Positions 9,083-18,283 of a DNA stretch of 64,000 nt are shown here, in pieces. A model generated the notes under the pieces. The model made no database searches, was not told the DNA's origin, and was given only the letters and a program-made list of their open reading frames with translations. This stretch comes from Candidatus Poribacteria bacterium (GTDB lineage: Bacteria; Poribacteria; WGA-4E; WGA-3G), in the NCBI GenBank assembly GCA_965242965.1, contig OZ251518.1, positions 1,696,001 through 1,760,000 of the forward strand, in the 5' to 3' direction. The position numbers and the translations under genes are program-made. Position 1 is the first letter of the stretch. Every line of letters starts with the position of its first letter.

Positions 9083-9781
9083 TTTTGGGTACCGAGGTTT
9101 CTCCTCCTATTTTTGCTTTTATGTGTGTCGGCGTGTCATTCGCCAACGCGCCAAGCGAAGATGCTTGTCGCGCAGCTAGGTGACACGAATGCGGAACGCC
9201 GTGCGCAAGCCGCCAAGGCACTCGTGACGATGGGCCCCGCCGCGATTGACGCGCTCGTCTGGGGAATCTCTCAGGAAAATCCGCCGCGGATTCGGGAGAA
9301 GGCGGTCTGGACGTTGAGCGATATTGCAACGCCTTCTGCTCGTGTCGTGCCTGCGCTAATCTCCGTGCTGTCCGATCCGGACGAGAACGTGCGCGTCGCC
9401 GGTTCGATCGCGCTACCGCAACTTGGAGAACCTGCCGTGCCGTTCCTGCTTGAGGCATTGGCTGCAGAATCAATAGAGACTCGGCTTCATGTGGCGTATG
9501 CCCTCGGCGAGATAGGCAAGCAGCTTGATGGCGAGTCGCCCCTACCCGACATTGTCAGTGCCCTGATTGATTCTCTCACCGATCCGGAGTGGAACGTCCG
9601 CAGGCTTGTGGTTCGCGCGCTTGCCACTATCGGCGCGCCAGCCGTTCCCGCGCTCACGGAGGCACTCAACGGAGTGGACAAGGAGCTTCGCGGGATGGCA
9701 GAACGCGCTTTGAACGACATCGGGACACCTGCAGCGCGCCAAGCAATTGAGGCGGCGAAGAAACGTTCCGCGGCAGAGTAA
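9071..9781 (+). CDS. HEAT-repeat (PBS-lyase-like) lipoprotein
   Basis: Signal/lipobox LLLCVSAC; repeats such as VVPALISVLSDPDENVR and LIDSLTDPEWNVRR. Confidence 0.85.
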   Translation: MKYRFWVPRFLLLFLLLCVSACHSPTRQAKMLVAQLGDTNAERRAQAAKALVTMGPAAIDALVWGISQENPPRIREKAVWTLSDIATPSARVVPALISVLSDPDENVRVAGSIALPQLGEPAVPFLLEALAAESIETRLHVAYALGEIGKQLDGESPLPDIVSALIDSLTDPEWNVRRLVVRALATIGAPAVPALTEALNGVDKELRGMAERALNDIGTPAARQAIEAAKKRSAAE

Positions 9782-9788
9782 CGCAGTG

Positions 9789-10724
9789 CTACAAAAACAT
9801 CGGCTTCGGGCTGTCTGGCTTCAGGCATTCATCCCAATAAGTGGCAGCATACTGCTGCACTGCCTCCGGCTGTTTGGCTTCAGCGAGATAAGCCGCGATC
9901 CAGTCCAGCAGGCGTTGGCGGAGCGGTAACAAGATTTCGCCATCCTCATAAGCCATCGCGATGAAATCTGCGTAGGTGTGCATGTTAATCTGAAAATCAA
10001 TTCGCCGATGGAGCGTCAGATTCACCATCAACCCGAGGGTGAGGTATTCAATCGGATTCGCGATGGAGCTCAGCGGCGGCGTGAGTTTCAAGATGTTATC
10101 CAACGGCAAAGCCTTGACATACCGCAGCCGATTCTCAATCCCGCTCAATTGCCTGTTGATGATTTCTGTGTCTGTCAGGCGAAAGAGCGGTTGCGCTGGA
10201 AACGCCTCACGTATCGTCACCTGCGAGGTGCGAATGGTGGTGTGATATATCGTGACAGCCTCCAAAAAATCTTGTTCGGCCGCGTTGTAAATCCGAATCT
10301 CTGAAGTGCCTGGCGGTTCACCCGGAATAGGGGGAAGAATCGTGCCTTTTTCCAAGAGTTTGTGTGCCCTGTCCAACAATTCGCGGGTCAGCGTGTTCCC
10401 AATCTGGAAAAATTTGACAGCGCGATTCCTGAGTATCAACCGCACTGCCTTGTCAAGATTCCCTTGGCTGCCGTATTCAAGTCCCAGGCTTGTGAGCGTG
10501 AACGCGTTTTGAACGTGTCTCCGGAGTTGCGATTCATCGGCAAGATCATTCGTCTTCATCAGGATGAGTTTGTGCGCAATCGCGGCGATGTTCTGGTAGA
10601 GCGCGTCCGCTTCCTCCGTAGAGAATTTTCCCTGCGCGTCGCCGTGTGCGAGTGCTTGCGCGAGGAACAGATGCTCGCTGAGCGTTGGCACGGCGACGAG
10701 TGCTGCCCTATTCGTCGTCATCAT
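9789..10724 (-). CDS. Hypothetical protein resembling the C-terminal half of DUF6178
   Basis: Long ORF with TSLGLE..AVRLIL..KFFQIG; start MMTTNR overlaps the upstream stop. Confidence 0.6.
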   Translation of the reverse strand: MMTTNRAALVAVPTLSEHLFLAQALAHGDAQGKFSTEEADALYQNIAAIAHKLILMKTNDLADESQLRRHVQNAFTLTSLGLEYGSQGNLDKAVRLILRNRAVKFFQIGNTLTRELLDRAHKLLEKGTILPPIPGEPPGTSEIRIYNAAEQDFLEAVTIYHTTIRTSQVTIREAFPAQPLFRLTDTEIINRQLSGIENRLRYVKALPLDNILKLTPPLSSIANPIEYLTLGLMVNLTLHRRIDFQINMHTYADFIAMAYEDGEILLPLRQRLLDWIAAYLAEAKQPEAVQQYAATYWDECLKPDSPKPMFL

Positions 10725-11529
10725 AATAGTAGTAGGAATCCTCCTCCTCGTCTTCCCGAAGGTCAAGGGCATCCAAATCTACCCCCTGGCTCAGGTCTGC
10801 CTCGGTGACATCGATGCCCGCTTCTCTGTCGCGTTCTACCACCCGTTCGTCTCTGGCTGCTTGGGCATCGGCTTCGGAGACGGCATGGAAATCCTCAATA
10901 TTGCCTTCTTCGCCAATGGCAGAGATTTCGCGAAGCAATTGCGCGAAGATATCGGCATCTGCCTCCCAGACGGCATCGACAACGGCGCGAGCGCGTTCAT
11001 CGGCATAGTTAATCGCGGGGGAACCCGGGTCTAAGAGTCCGGCTTCCAGGAACATCGCGCCGAAACCATCGCTTAAGCTGACTCTGTCATTGAGCAATTG
11101 CGCGATGAGCCGAACGTCTATCTCGGACAATAACCGCCCCAGGTCATCCCGTTCGCATTCGGAGAGTTCAAATAGCCAGAGTTCAAGTGAATTCTCGTCT
11201 AATTTTCCATCGCGCCAGATTGCCGTGTCCATGAGTCTCTCGAACTGTTCATTCGAGAGACAGGGTAGCAACCCGGCCGCGAGCCCCGTGCCGAGCATCG
11301 TGTCGAGGACCTGGAGCACCTCCTCTGCCGGGCTTTCTTGGATGAGTTCCGTGCAATCCGGCACGAGATAATAGAGTTGTTCCCGCTCCTTCGGGTCGCG
11401 AGTGGCGCGAATAATCTCAAGTTGCTGCTGTTTGCCGTAACTTTGGAACAGCTGTTCTGCTTCGCGCGTCGGCAATGTCAGCAGTTTGCCGCTTTCAACG
11501 TGCGGGACTATCGTCTTTGGATTATTCAT
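10708..11529 (-). CDS. Hypothetical protein resembling the N-terminal half of DUF6178, acidic tail
   Basis: LIQESPAEEV..LLPCLSNEQFERLMDTAIWRDGKL; RBS GGAGG. Confidence 0.65.
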   Translation of the reverse strand: MNNPKTIVPHVESGKLLTLPTREAEQLFQSYGKQQQLEIIRATRDPKEREQLYYLVPDCTELIQESPAEEVLQVLDTMLGTGLAAGLLPCLSNEQFERLMDTAIWRDGKLDENSLELWLFELSECERDDLGRLLSEIDVRLIAQLLNDRVSLSDGFGAMFLEAGLLDPGSPAINYADERARAVVDAVWEADADIFAQLLREISAIGEEGNIEDFHAVSEADAQAARDERVVERDREAGIDVTEADLSQGVDLDALDLREDEEEDSYYYYDDDE

Positions 11530-11618
11530 GAGCAAACCCCTCCATTAGTTAATTGGTGTGGTCCCCTTGATTTTTCGGGCGGCAACCATAGACAGCCGCC
11601 CTGACACATCCGTGGAAT

Positions 11619-12383
11619 TTAGAAACTCGTCCTGACGAAGTTGAGGTTTTTCTCCGCCGACGCAACCGGTGCATCTTTCCCTGGTGTTTCAAGCACGAAC
11701 CAACTGTCATAACCGATGGCATGCACCGCATCAAAAACAGCGGGGAAATCGACATCGCCTTCGCCTGCGTGGTTGCCGCCGGTGTCTTTAATGTGCATCT
11801 GCGTAATCGCGCTCCCCAACTCTCGGATTTCGGCGGGGGCATCGTAGCCGAATCCGGTCGCGTTGCCCATGTCGTAATAGACACCGACAGCCGAGGAGCC
11901 AACGCCATCAATAATCTGGAGGTGCTGCTCGGCACTCAGCGTGGATTCAAGCGCGAGCGATACGCCCTGTTTTTCGGCGGTTTCCGCGGCGGCTTTCAAA
12001 CCGTCAAGGAAGCGCGGGGCAGCGATGTGCTCCGCCTGAATCTGGCCGTTTCCAAAAAAGGGCACAAGGATAACCTTCGCGCCCAATTGCGGGCAAGTTT
12101 CTGCCAGATATTGCAGTTTCGCAATCCCTTCGCTCCGCGTGCTATCGGTGGGATGCATGAACGAATAGGCGGTGAATCCACCCGGCGACAGCGACGATAC
12201 CTCAATGCCAGCGGCATCGGCAAGGCTGTTCACTTTATCAATGCCGTCCGCTTGCCAGAGGGGGTGTTCGCGGTAGTTGACTCCCATGCACAACTCAATG
12301 CCGTCAAATCCGATGTCTTTCGCTTTCTGAAACGAGTCTTCAAAGGCAACGGGCAACATCCCGTCTCGAATACCGACTTTCAT
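11619..12383 (-). CDS. Sugar phosphate isomerase/epimerase (AP endonuclease 2 TIM barrel)
   Basis: GFDGIEL, LALES, YYDMGN, QMHIKD, GEGDVDF, FVLET. Confidence 0.9.
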   Translation of the reverse strand: MKVGIRDGMLPVAFEDSFQKAKDIGFDGIELCMGVNYREHPLWQADGIDKVNSLADAAGIEVSSLSPGGFTAYSFMHPTDSTRSEGIAKLQYLAETCPQLGAKVILVPFFGNGQIQAEHIAAPRFLDGLKAAAETAEKQGVSLALESTLSAEQHLQIIDGVGSSAVGVYYDMGNATGFGYDAPAEIRELGSAITQMHIKDTGGNHAGEGDVDFPAVFDAVHAIGYDSWFVLETPGKDAPVASAEKNLNFVRTSF

Positions 12384-12480
12384 ATCTTTCTCCTTTGCAA
12401 ACATTTCTGTTAACATTGCATTATACCACAAATTTAAGGCGATTGCAAATTTTGACAGACTCCCCGCTCAATGTCTTCCC

Positions 12481-12724
12481 TGTAGGAGGGACATCCTTGT
12501 CCCGATTACGGTATTGCATCGAGACCGGGAGGTCTCCCCTACGCGTCTGGGTAGGAGGGACATCCTTGTCCCGATTACGGTATTGCATCGAGACCGGGAG
12601 GTCTCCCCTACGCGTCTGGGTAGGAGGGACATCCTTGTCCCGATTTGGCTATTGCATCGAGACCGGGAGGTCTCTCCTACGGTGGCATCGCTTGTATTGA
12701 GACACCGATTTATGAAACACCCTC
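12481..12724. repeat. Three tandem 69-bp hairpin doublets followed by a lone right TIR
   Basis: Unit GTAGGAGGGACATCCTTGTCCCGAT..ATCGAGACCGGGAGGTCTCCCCTAC at 12482, 12551, 12620; GATTTATGAAACACCCTC ends at 12724. Confidence 0.9.
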
Positions 12725-12856
12725 AGGGTAATCTTAAGGATACCACACCTTGTCTCGAAATGCAAATCTTTTTTCGAGCTCGGCGCAGTGCATAGAACAG
12801 CACATCTTCGCGCAAAGGCTCGCCTACCGGGGCGAACGGCATCGCGCTGATCTGAC

Positions 12857-13570
12857 TTATGCGCGTCCGTAAACCGGGATAGCGGCACCATTAATCACCG
12901 CCGCATCGTCAGAGGTAAGAAAACATATCACCTTAGCGATGTCAGCAGGAGATACCCAGCGTTTGTAATCTTCGTCCGGCATCGATTCGCGGTTCGCTGG
13001 CGTATCGATAACGCTCGGCATGATGGCGTTGACGTTCACACCGGCATCCATCACTTCGGCGGCGAGCGATTCAGTCAGCGTTCGGACACCGCCTTTAGAG
13101 ACGCAATAGGCACTCATCCCCGCCTCGCCTTTTAAACCTGCACGTGCGGAGACGTTGACAATTTTGCCAGAACCGCGCGCCGTCATCTCCGGAAGTGCCG
13201 CCTTGCAACAGAGGAAAACGGATTTGAGGTTGAGATTCATCATGAAATCCCATCTGTCCGCTTCAAGTTCTGTCGCCGGAATGCCGCCGACGAAACCGCC
13301 GACGATGTTTACCAGAATGTCCAGCTCCCCGACGCTAGCGTGGAAATCTTGGATGCATTTCTGCACTTCGGATTCTTCGGTGACATTTGCGAACAAGAAG
13401 GGAACCTTGTCGCTGATGTCGGGATTGAACTGCTTGAAGCGTTCCACCTCGTTTTCAAAGAGGTATGTGACAGCGACGTTGTCGCCTTGCGCGATGTAGG
13501 CTTTCGTGACAGCACTGCCTAAGATGCCGGTGCCGCCAGTGATTAGAATGTTGCGAGTTTGTGTAGGCAT
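12857..13570 (-). CDS. Short-chain dehydrogenase/reductase
   Basis: ITGGTGILG, NVSA, YCVSK catalytic YxxxK. Confidence 0.93.
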   Translation of the reverse strand: MPTQTRNILITGGTGILGSAVTKAYIAQGDNVAVTYLFENEVERFKQFNPDISDKVPFLFANVTEESEVQKCIQDFHASVGELDILVNIVGGFVGGIPATELEADRWDFMMNLNLKSVFLCCKAALPEMTARGSGKIVNVSARAGLKGEAGMSAYCVSKGGVRTLTESLAAEVMDAGVNVNAIMPSVIDTPANRESMPDEDYKRWVSPADIAKVICFLTSDDAAVINGAAIPVYGRA

Positions 13571-13593
13571 ATCTAAAATTCCTCCTTTTCAAA

Positions 13594-13623
13594 ATGATAA
13601 CATATCCAATAAGACGATGTCAA
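13594..13623 (-). promoter_or_regulatory. Sigma70-like promoter for the SDR gene
   Basis: TTGACA-18-TATCAT with TG extension. Confidence 0.6.
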
Positions 13624-13649
13624 ATGCAATTGAAAATTGAAACCTGTCT

Positions 13650-14100
13650 GTTCCCGCGCTACGATAAAAAACGGCCCGGGTTGCCGTAGGGCGAGGGCCT
13701 GTCCCTCGCCGTGCCTAGACCTTGGAAAAGACCGTCGTTCGGGAGCACCCGCTCCCGAACGGGTTGACGGTAAAAAAAACGGCCCGTATTCCCGTAGGGC
13801 GAGGGCCTGTCCCTCGCCATGCAACGATCGCGGGGGACAGGCCCCCGCGCTACGGGAAACAACGGCACTCGTTCTCTTCAGGTCCTTTAGGTCCTGAATG
13901 TCTATAGCACGTGCGGCTGCGAAGAACGCTAAGGTCCTTTAGGTCCTTAATAGCCTTTGAGATGCCGCGTGTTTTTTATTAAGGACCTAAAGGACCTTGC
14001 CGTGGGACCGGCACGTTTTTCTATAGACATGTAGGTCCTAAAGGACCTAAGAGGCCATCTTGCCGACAGGCATCGCGGGGGACAGGCCCCCGCGCTACGG
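13650..14100. repeat. Mosaic hairpin array including the CTATAG/AGGTCCT module
   Basis: GTAG hairpins plus AGGTCCTTTAGGTCCT and CTATAGACATGTAGGTCCTAAAGGACCT. Confidence 0.85.
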
Positions 14101-14139
14101 TAAAAAAAAACGGCCTCCCTTCTCCAAAAAAAATAAAAT

Positions 14140-14168
14140 TTGACATTTTCCCACATTTATGATACAAT
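14140..14168 (+). promoter_or_regulatory. Sigma70-like promoter
   Basis: TTGACA-17-TACAAT with TG extension. Confidence 0.7.
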
Positions 14169-14278
14169 TAAAACATAATGCTGAATAGGCTGCGCGCGAC
14201 ACAACCGCAAACCCAAACCGCACGTTACCCAAAAACCGGGCATCGCGCAACGATAACGCATAGGAAACAACGACTCTG

Positions 14279-15769
14279 ATGATACGCAACATCCTCCGAA
14301 AATTCACCCGCGAAGACGGCATCTTCCTCGCATGCTTCATAGCCGTTATCGGCGGCATCATCCTCTTCAAAGCCTACAAACAGGCAGACGGATTTATCAC
14401 CGTTGCACATGACCATCCTGAACGGTTTGTCAACGGCGAAAATGTCCTCATCAAACGCGTCCACGAAGAACATTGGGACATATTCTATGACTTTGGCCCC
14501 TCCTGCCCTGCCAGCCTCAAAACCGAAGAAAACTACCGGGTCCTCCGCGAAAACCTTGAAAGGGGAATCAGGACTTGGCTAGCACCACTACGGGAAATCA
14601 CCGACAGACCTATCGTCGATAAATTTGTCTTCTACACGGAGAATGAGGAGAAGGAGGAGGGGAATGAGAATGTTAGACATGAGGTTCATGTATTGTTCAA
14701 GTGTGAAGGGGGGCGATCAGTCGCTAGTCGGGAAAGTAGATCAATAAGCATGAAAACAACTAATCTAGACATAGTGGAGGCACTATTTACACCCTCTCTT
14801 CGCTATAGAATAAGCACCCTTCTACACGAGTTGGGTCATGCCTTTGATCTGGCTGACACCTATGTTGGGAATCCAAGTGTTTCTCCTCCCAACACTGGAA
14901 GTTACAGCAGCACAATCGGTCGTCAACCTCGGTCGACTATGTCAAGTGGAGTGACGTGCGGAGATCAAGGTCCGGATCAGTGGACTCTTTGTCTTGATGA
15001 CATACGCGCAATCCAATGGCTCTACCGTTACCACTGGGAAGGACTCGACCCAACCAATTGCCCCCCTGAATTTGAATACGAGGAACTAACTTGGGAGGGG
15101 AAGACAGTTGGAGGATGTGTCCTTAAGCAACCGCTTATCGTAGAACTTCGGCAAGGACATCTATGGCGCGCGAAGCAGATACTCTTTAGCGACAAAAACC
15201 TCAAAATCAACGATCAGGATGAGCATGGGCTAACCGCACTTCACTATATTGCAAGGTTGTATCCTGAACTCCACTGGGCAGATATTCGGGGTGGTATTTT
15301 AAATCAAATCCTCAAACACCCCGGTATCGACATCAACGTTACCAACAAGTGGCGTAATACTCCATTGCATACGGCTGCGTGGGTAGGAAACGCGGGTATG
15401 GTTTCTGATTTTCTGTTTATTCATACCGAACTTGTCCGAGAAGGAATTATGCTTAATGCTCAAAACGATTATGGCATGACTGCGTTACACTACGCGGCTA
15501 AGTCTGGACGAAATGATTGTGCTATGATTCTGTTGATGCGCACAGACATCAAACCCAACATCAAGGATAACCGTGGCAACACCCCTCTCCACGAAGCCGC
15601 CAAGAACGGACGAACCGAGATAGTCACAATGTTGCTCGCGCATCAGGACATCAACCCCAATCTCCGCAATGCAGCCGGTTTCACACCGTTGCAGCTAGCC
15701 ATGCAGGGAGGCGCAGTATCAGACGCAGACAGTGATGCCAGTTTCCAAGCGGATTACCCAGAATTCTGA
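14279..15769 (+). CDS. Membrane-anchored zincin-like metalloprotease with ankyrin repeats
   Basis: N-terminal TM, LLHELGHAFDL (HExxH), ankyrin repeats GLTALHY, NTPLHTAA, GMTALHYAA, GNTPLHEAA. Confidence 0.88.
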   Translation: MIRNILRKFTREDGIFLACFIAVIGGIILFKAYKQADGFITVAHDHPERFVNGENVLIKRVHEEHWDIFYDFGPSCPASLKTEENYRVLRENLERGIRTWLAPLREITDRPIVDKFVFYTENEEKEEGNENVRHEVHVLFKCEGGRSVASRESRSISMKTTNLDIVEALFTPSLRYRISTLLHELGHAFDLADTYVGNPSVSPPNTGSYSSTIGRQPRSTMSSGVTCGDQGPDQWTLCLDDIRAIQWLYRYHWEGLDPTNCPPEFEYEELTWEGKTVGGCVLKQPLIVELRQGHLWRAKQILFSDKNLKINDQDEHGLTALHYIARLYPELHWADIRGGILNQILKHPGIDINVTNKWRNTPLHTAAWVGNAGMVSDFLFIHTELVREGIMLNAQNDYGMTALHYAAKSGRNDCAMILLMRTDIKPNIKDNRGNTPLHEAAKNGRTEIVTMLLAHQDINPNLRNAAGFTPLQLAMQGGAVSDADSDASFQADYPEF

Positions 15770-16051
15770 TCTTCGTTATCGGAGGAAAATCGGCAGCACT
15801 TGAGTTCGCGTCTCTCCCCTGCAGCGTTGCAGCAGGCACACGTTGAGATCGCCGCATTGCTCCGCGCGCATCCCGGAATTATCCTCCCCGATGCCTCGGA
15901 TGTCAACGGTGATGGTGTCGTCAACATCTTGGATCTCGTGCGGGTCTCCAATGCATTCGGTCAGCGCGGACAGATACCAGAAGATGTCAACGGCGATGGT
16001 GTCGTGAACGTTCAGGATTTAGTGTGGGTATCCGGTGCGTTTGGGCAGTAG
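15770..16051 (+). pseudogene. In-frame continuation beyond TGA: end of last ankyrin repeat plus dockerin-like EF-hand pair
   Basis: Same frame as 14279; HVEIAALL, then DVNGDGVVNILDLV and DVNGDGVVNVQDLV. Confidence 0.7.
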
Positions 16052-16385
16052 GGCCCAACGCTCGCGGGGCCCAGAGACCGTAGTTCGGGAGCGCCTGCTC
16101 CCGAACGGGTCAAGAGCAGGCGCTCTTGACCTACAGAGGGGGAGGCCCCGGGTTACCGTAGGGCGAGGGCCTGTCCCTCGCCATGCCCGGACCCTATAAA
16201 AGACCGTAGTTCGGGAGCACCCGCTCCCGAACGGGTCAAGATCAGGCGATCTTGACCTACAGAAGGGGGGCAACGCTCGCGGGGGACAGGCCCCCGCGCT
16301 ACGGTGTAAGCGGCATTTCTCGCAGCAATCGCGGGGGACAGGCCCCCGCGCTACGGGGCATCGAGACGCAGGAGGGCTCTCCTAC
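16048..16385. repeat. Mosaic GTAG hairpin array
   Basis: Two GTAGTTCGGGAGC..GCTCCCGAAC/GGTCAAGA..TCTTGACCTAC doublets and CGCGGGGGACAGGCCCCCGCGCTAC copies. Confidence 0.9.
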
Positions 16386-16483
16386 CTGGCTCCGGAACAG
16401 AAATCAATTGTCCTTGCATAAAAACGCGAAAGATGGTAATCTATTTGTGTAGACGCAATTCCGCAGTCAATCAGGAGAAACAT

Positions 16484-17863
16484 GTGAAAATCACAATTAT
16501 CGGGACAGGCTACGTCGGTTTGACAACGGCGGTTGTCCTCGCCTACCTGAACCACCAGGTCGCGGCGGTTGATAAAGATACCCACAAACTTAAACTGTTA
16601 CACGAAGGGAAAAGCCCCATCCATGAGCCCGGCATCCAAAGGCTTCTTGACGAGGTAGGACAGACTATCCGTTTCACGCCGAGCGTCGCCGATGTTGTTC
16701 CGGCGGCGGAGCTCATCTTAATTGCTGTCGGAACACCGCCGAAAAAGAACGGGGAAGCAGATACGCGGCACGTCGAACAAGCGGCGAGAGAAGTCGCGCA
16801 GGTCTGCCATCCACATCGGCATTATACGCTTGTAGTCAAATCGACGGTGCCTATCGGCACGAATCGGCGCGTCGCTGAAGTTGTTGAGGAGGTGTTTGCT
16901 GCGCGCGGGATTCAGGGAAACGTTGCTGTCGCGTCGAACCCGGAGTTTTTGCAGGAAGGTTTGGCGTTGCAAGGCGCGTTCTACCCAGACCGGATTGTCG
17001 TCGGCGCGCACTGCGATGATGCTATTGATGCGTTACGTCGCCTCTATCAGCCGGTGCTTGAACAGACGTTCGACCCGCCGAGCATGTTCCCGCGCCCCGA
17101 GGCATATCATCTTCCGCCGATGATGACGACAGACCCGAGCAGCGCGGAGATGCTCAAATACGCCGCGAACACGTTCCTCGCGCTGAAGATCAGTTTTATC
17201 AACGAAATCGCTGGACTTTGCGAGAAGGTCGGCGCAGATGTGACAGAAGTCGCACGCGGTATAGGACTTGACGCGCGCATCGGGCATCGGTTCCTGCAGG
17301 CGGGCCTCGGTTGGGGCGGCAGTTGCTACCCGAAGGATACGGCGGCGTTGTTAGGTGTCGCGGCACAATCAGCCTATGAAATGCCGATTACGGAAGCCGC
17401 CCGCGCCGTGAATTTTCGGCAACGCGAAGTCATCGTTGAAAAGTTGCGCGATGCGTTTAAAACGTTCGGTGGCGAGGGGAACGCGATGCAGGGGAAAACC
17501 GTTGGGATTCTTGGGCTCGCCTTTAAGCCGAACACCGATGACGTTCGTTCGGCACCGGCGTTAGATATTATCCGCTGTCTCGTTGCGGAGGGAGTAAGCG
17601 TTCGCGCGCACGATCCGATTGCGATGCAGAATGCAGAGAGTGCTCTGGAGGGAACGACGGTGGATTTTCAGGAAGATGTGTATCGTCTCGCCTCTGGGGC
17701 AGATGCGCTGGTGCTGGTCACCGAATGGGATGCTTACCACCGGCTGGAGTTGCGCAGGCTGGCGAAGCAGATGCGGACTCCGATTTTGATTGATGGCCGC
17801 AATGTGTATTCGCCGCAAGAGGCGCGCGATGCAGGATTTCATTATGTCGGCGTGGGCCGGTAG
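16484..17863 (+). CDS. ugd: UDP-glucose/GDP-mannose dehydrogenase
   Basis: IGTGYVGL, KSTVPIGT, NPEFL, GWGGSCYPKD, GLAFKPNTDDVR; GTG start after AGGAG. Confidence 0.93.
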   Translation: MKITIIGTGYVGLTTAVVLAYLNHQVAAVDKDTHKLKLLHEGKSPIHEPGIQRLLDEVGQTIRFTPSVADVVPAAELILIAVGTPPKKNGEADTRHVEQAAREVAQVCHPHRHYTLVVKSTVPIGTNRRVAEVVEEVFAARGIQGNVAVASNPEFLQEGLALQGAFYPDRIVVGAHCDDAIDALRRLYQPVLEQTFDPPSMFPRPEAYHLPPMMTTDPSSAEMLKYAANTFLALKISFINEIAGLCEKVGADVTEVARGIGLDARIGHRFLQAGLGWGGSCYPKDTAALLGVAAQSAYEMPITEAARAVNFRQREVIVEKLRDAFKTFGGEGNAMQGKTVGILGLAFKPNTDDVRSAPALDIIRCLVAEGVSVRAHDPIAMQNAESALEGTTVDFQEDVYRLASGADALVLVTEWDAYHRLELRRLAKQMRTPILIDGRNVYSPQEARDAGFHYVGVGR

Positions 17864-17962
17864 ATGGGACATCCTTGTCCCGATGTGGATAGGCCATTGA
17901 GATCGGGAGAGATAGAAAATTGAGACCAGGAGGTCTCTCCTACCGGGCCCGAACAGTTAACA

Positions 17963-18260
17963 CAGGGTGTTTCATAAATCGCCTAACGTCGCGGGGGACA
18001 GGCCCCCGCGCTACGACGAAAAAAACGCTGCCCCTTCACGTAGGGCGAGGGCCCTCGGATGCCACACGCGCATCCGAGCGGGTTTCCCTCGCCATGCGGT
18101 TGGCTAGCAAACTGCATAACCCTTGTAGGTCAGGATCGCCTGATCCTGACCCGTTCGGGATCAGGCGATCCCGAACTACAGAGGTGGGCCCAATGCCATC
18201 CGGTATTCGCCCTCCCTCCAAGGCTGGATAAATACCGAAACAGAGTTATGAAACACCCTC
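17963..18260. mobile_element. MITE-like element copy 3
   Basis: CAGGGTGTTTCATAAATC...GAGTTATGAAACACCCTC; exact 8-bp duplication AGTTAACA (17955-17962, 18261-18268). Confidence 0.9.
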
Positions 18261-18283
18261 AGTTAACAAAGAGGAAAACAGCC

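Noticed and set aside
12481-12690. CRISPR array (also considered at 24160-24452 and 49560-50150)
   Set aside because: Spacers are identical or themselves repeats, units occur in both orientations genome-wide, and there are no cas genes.
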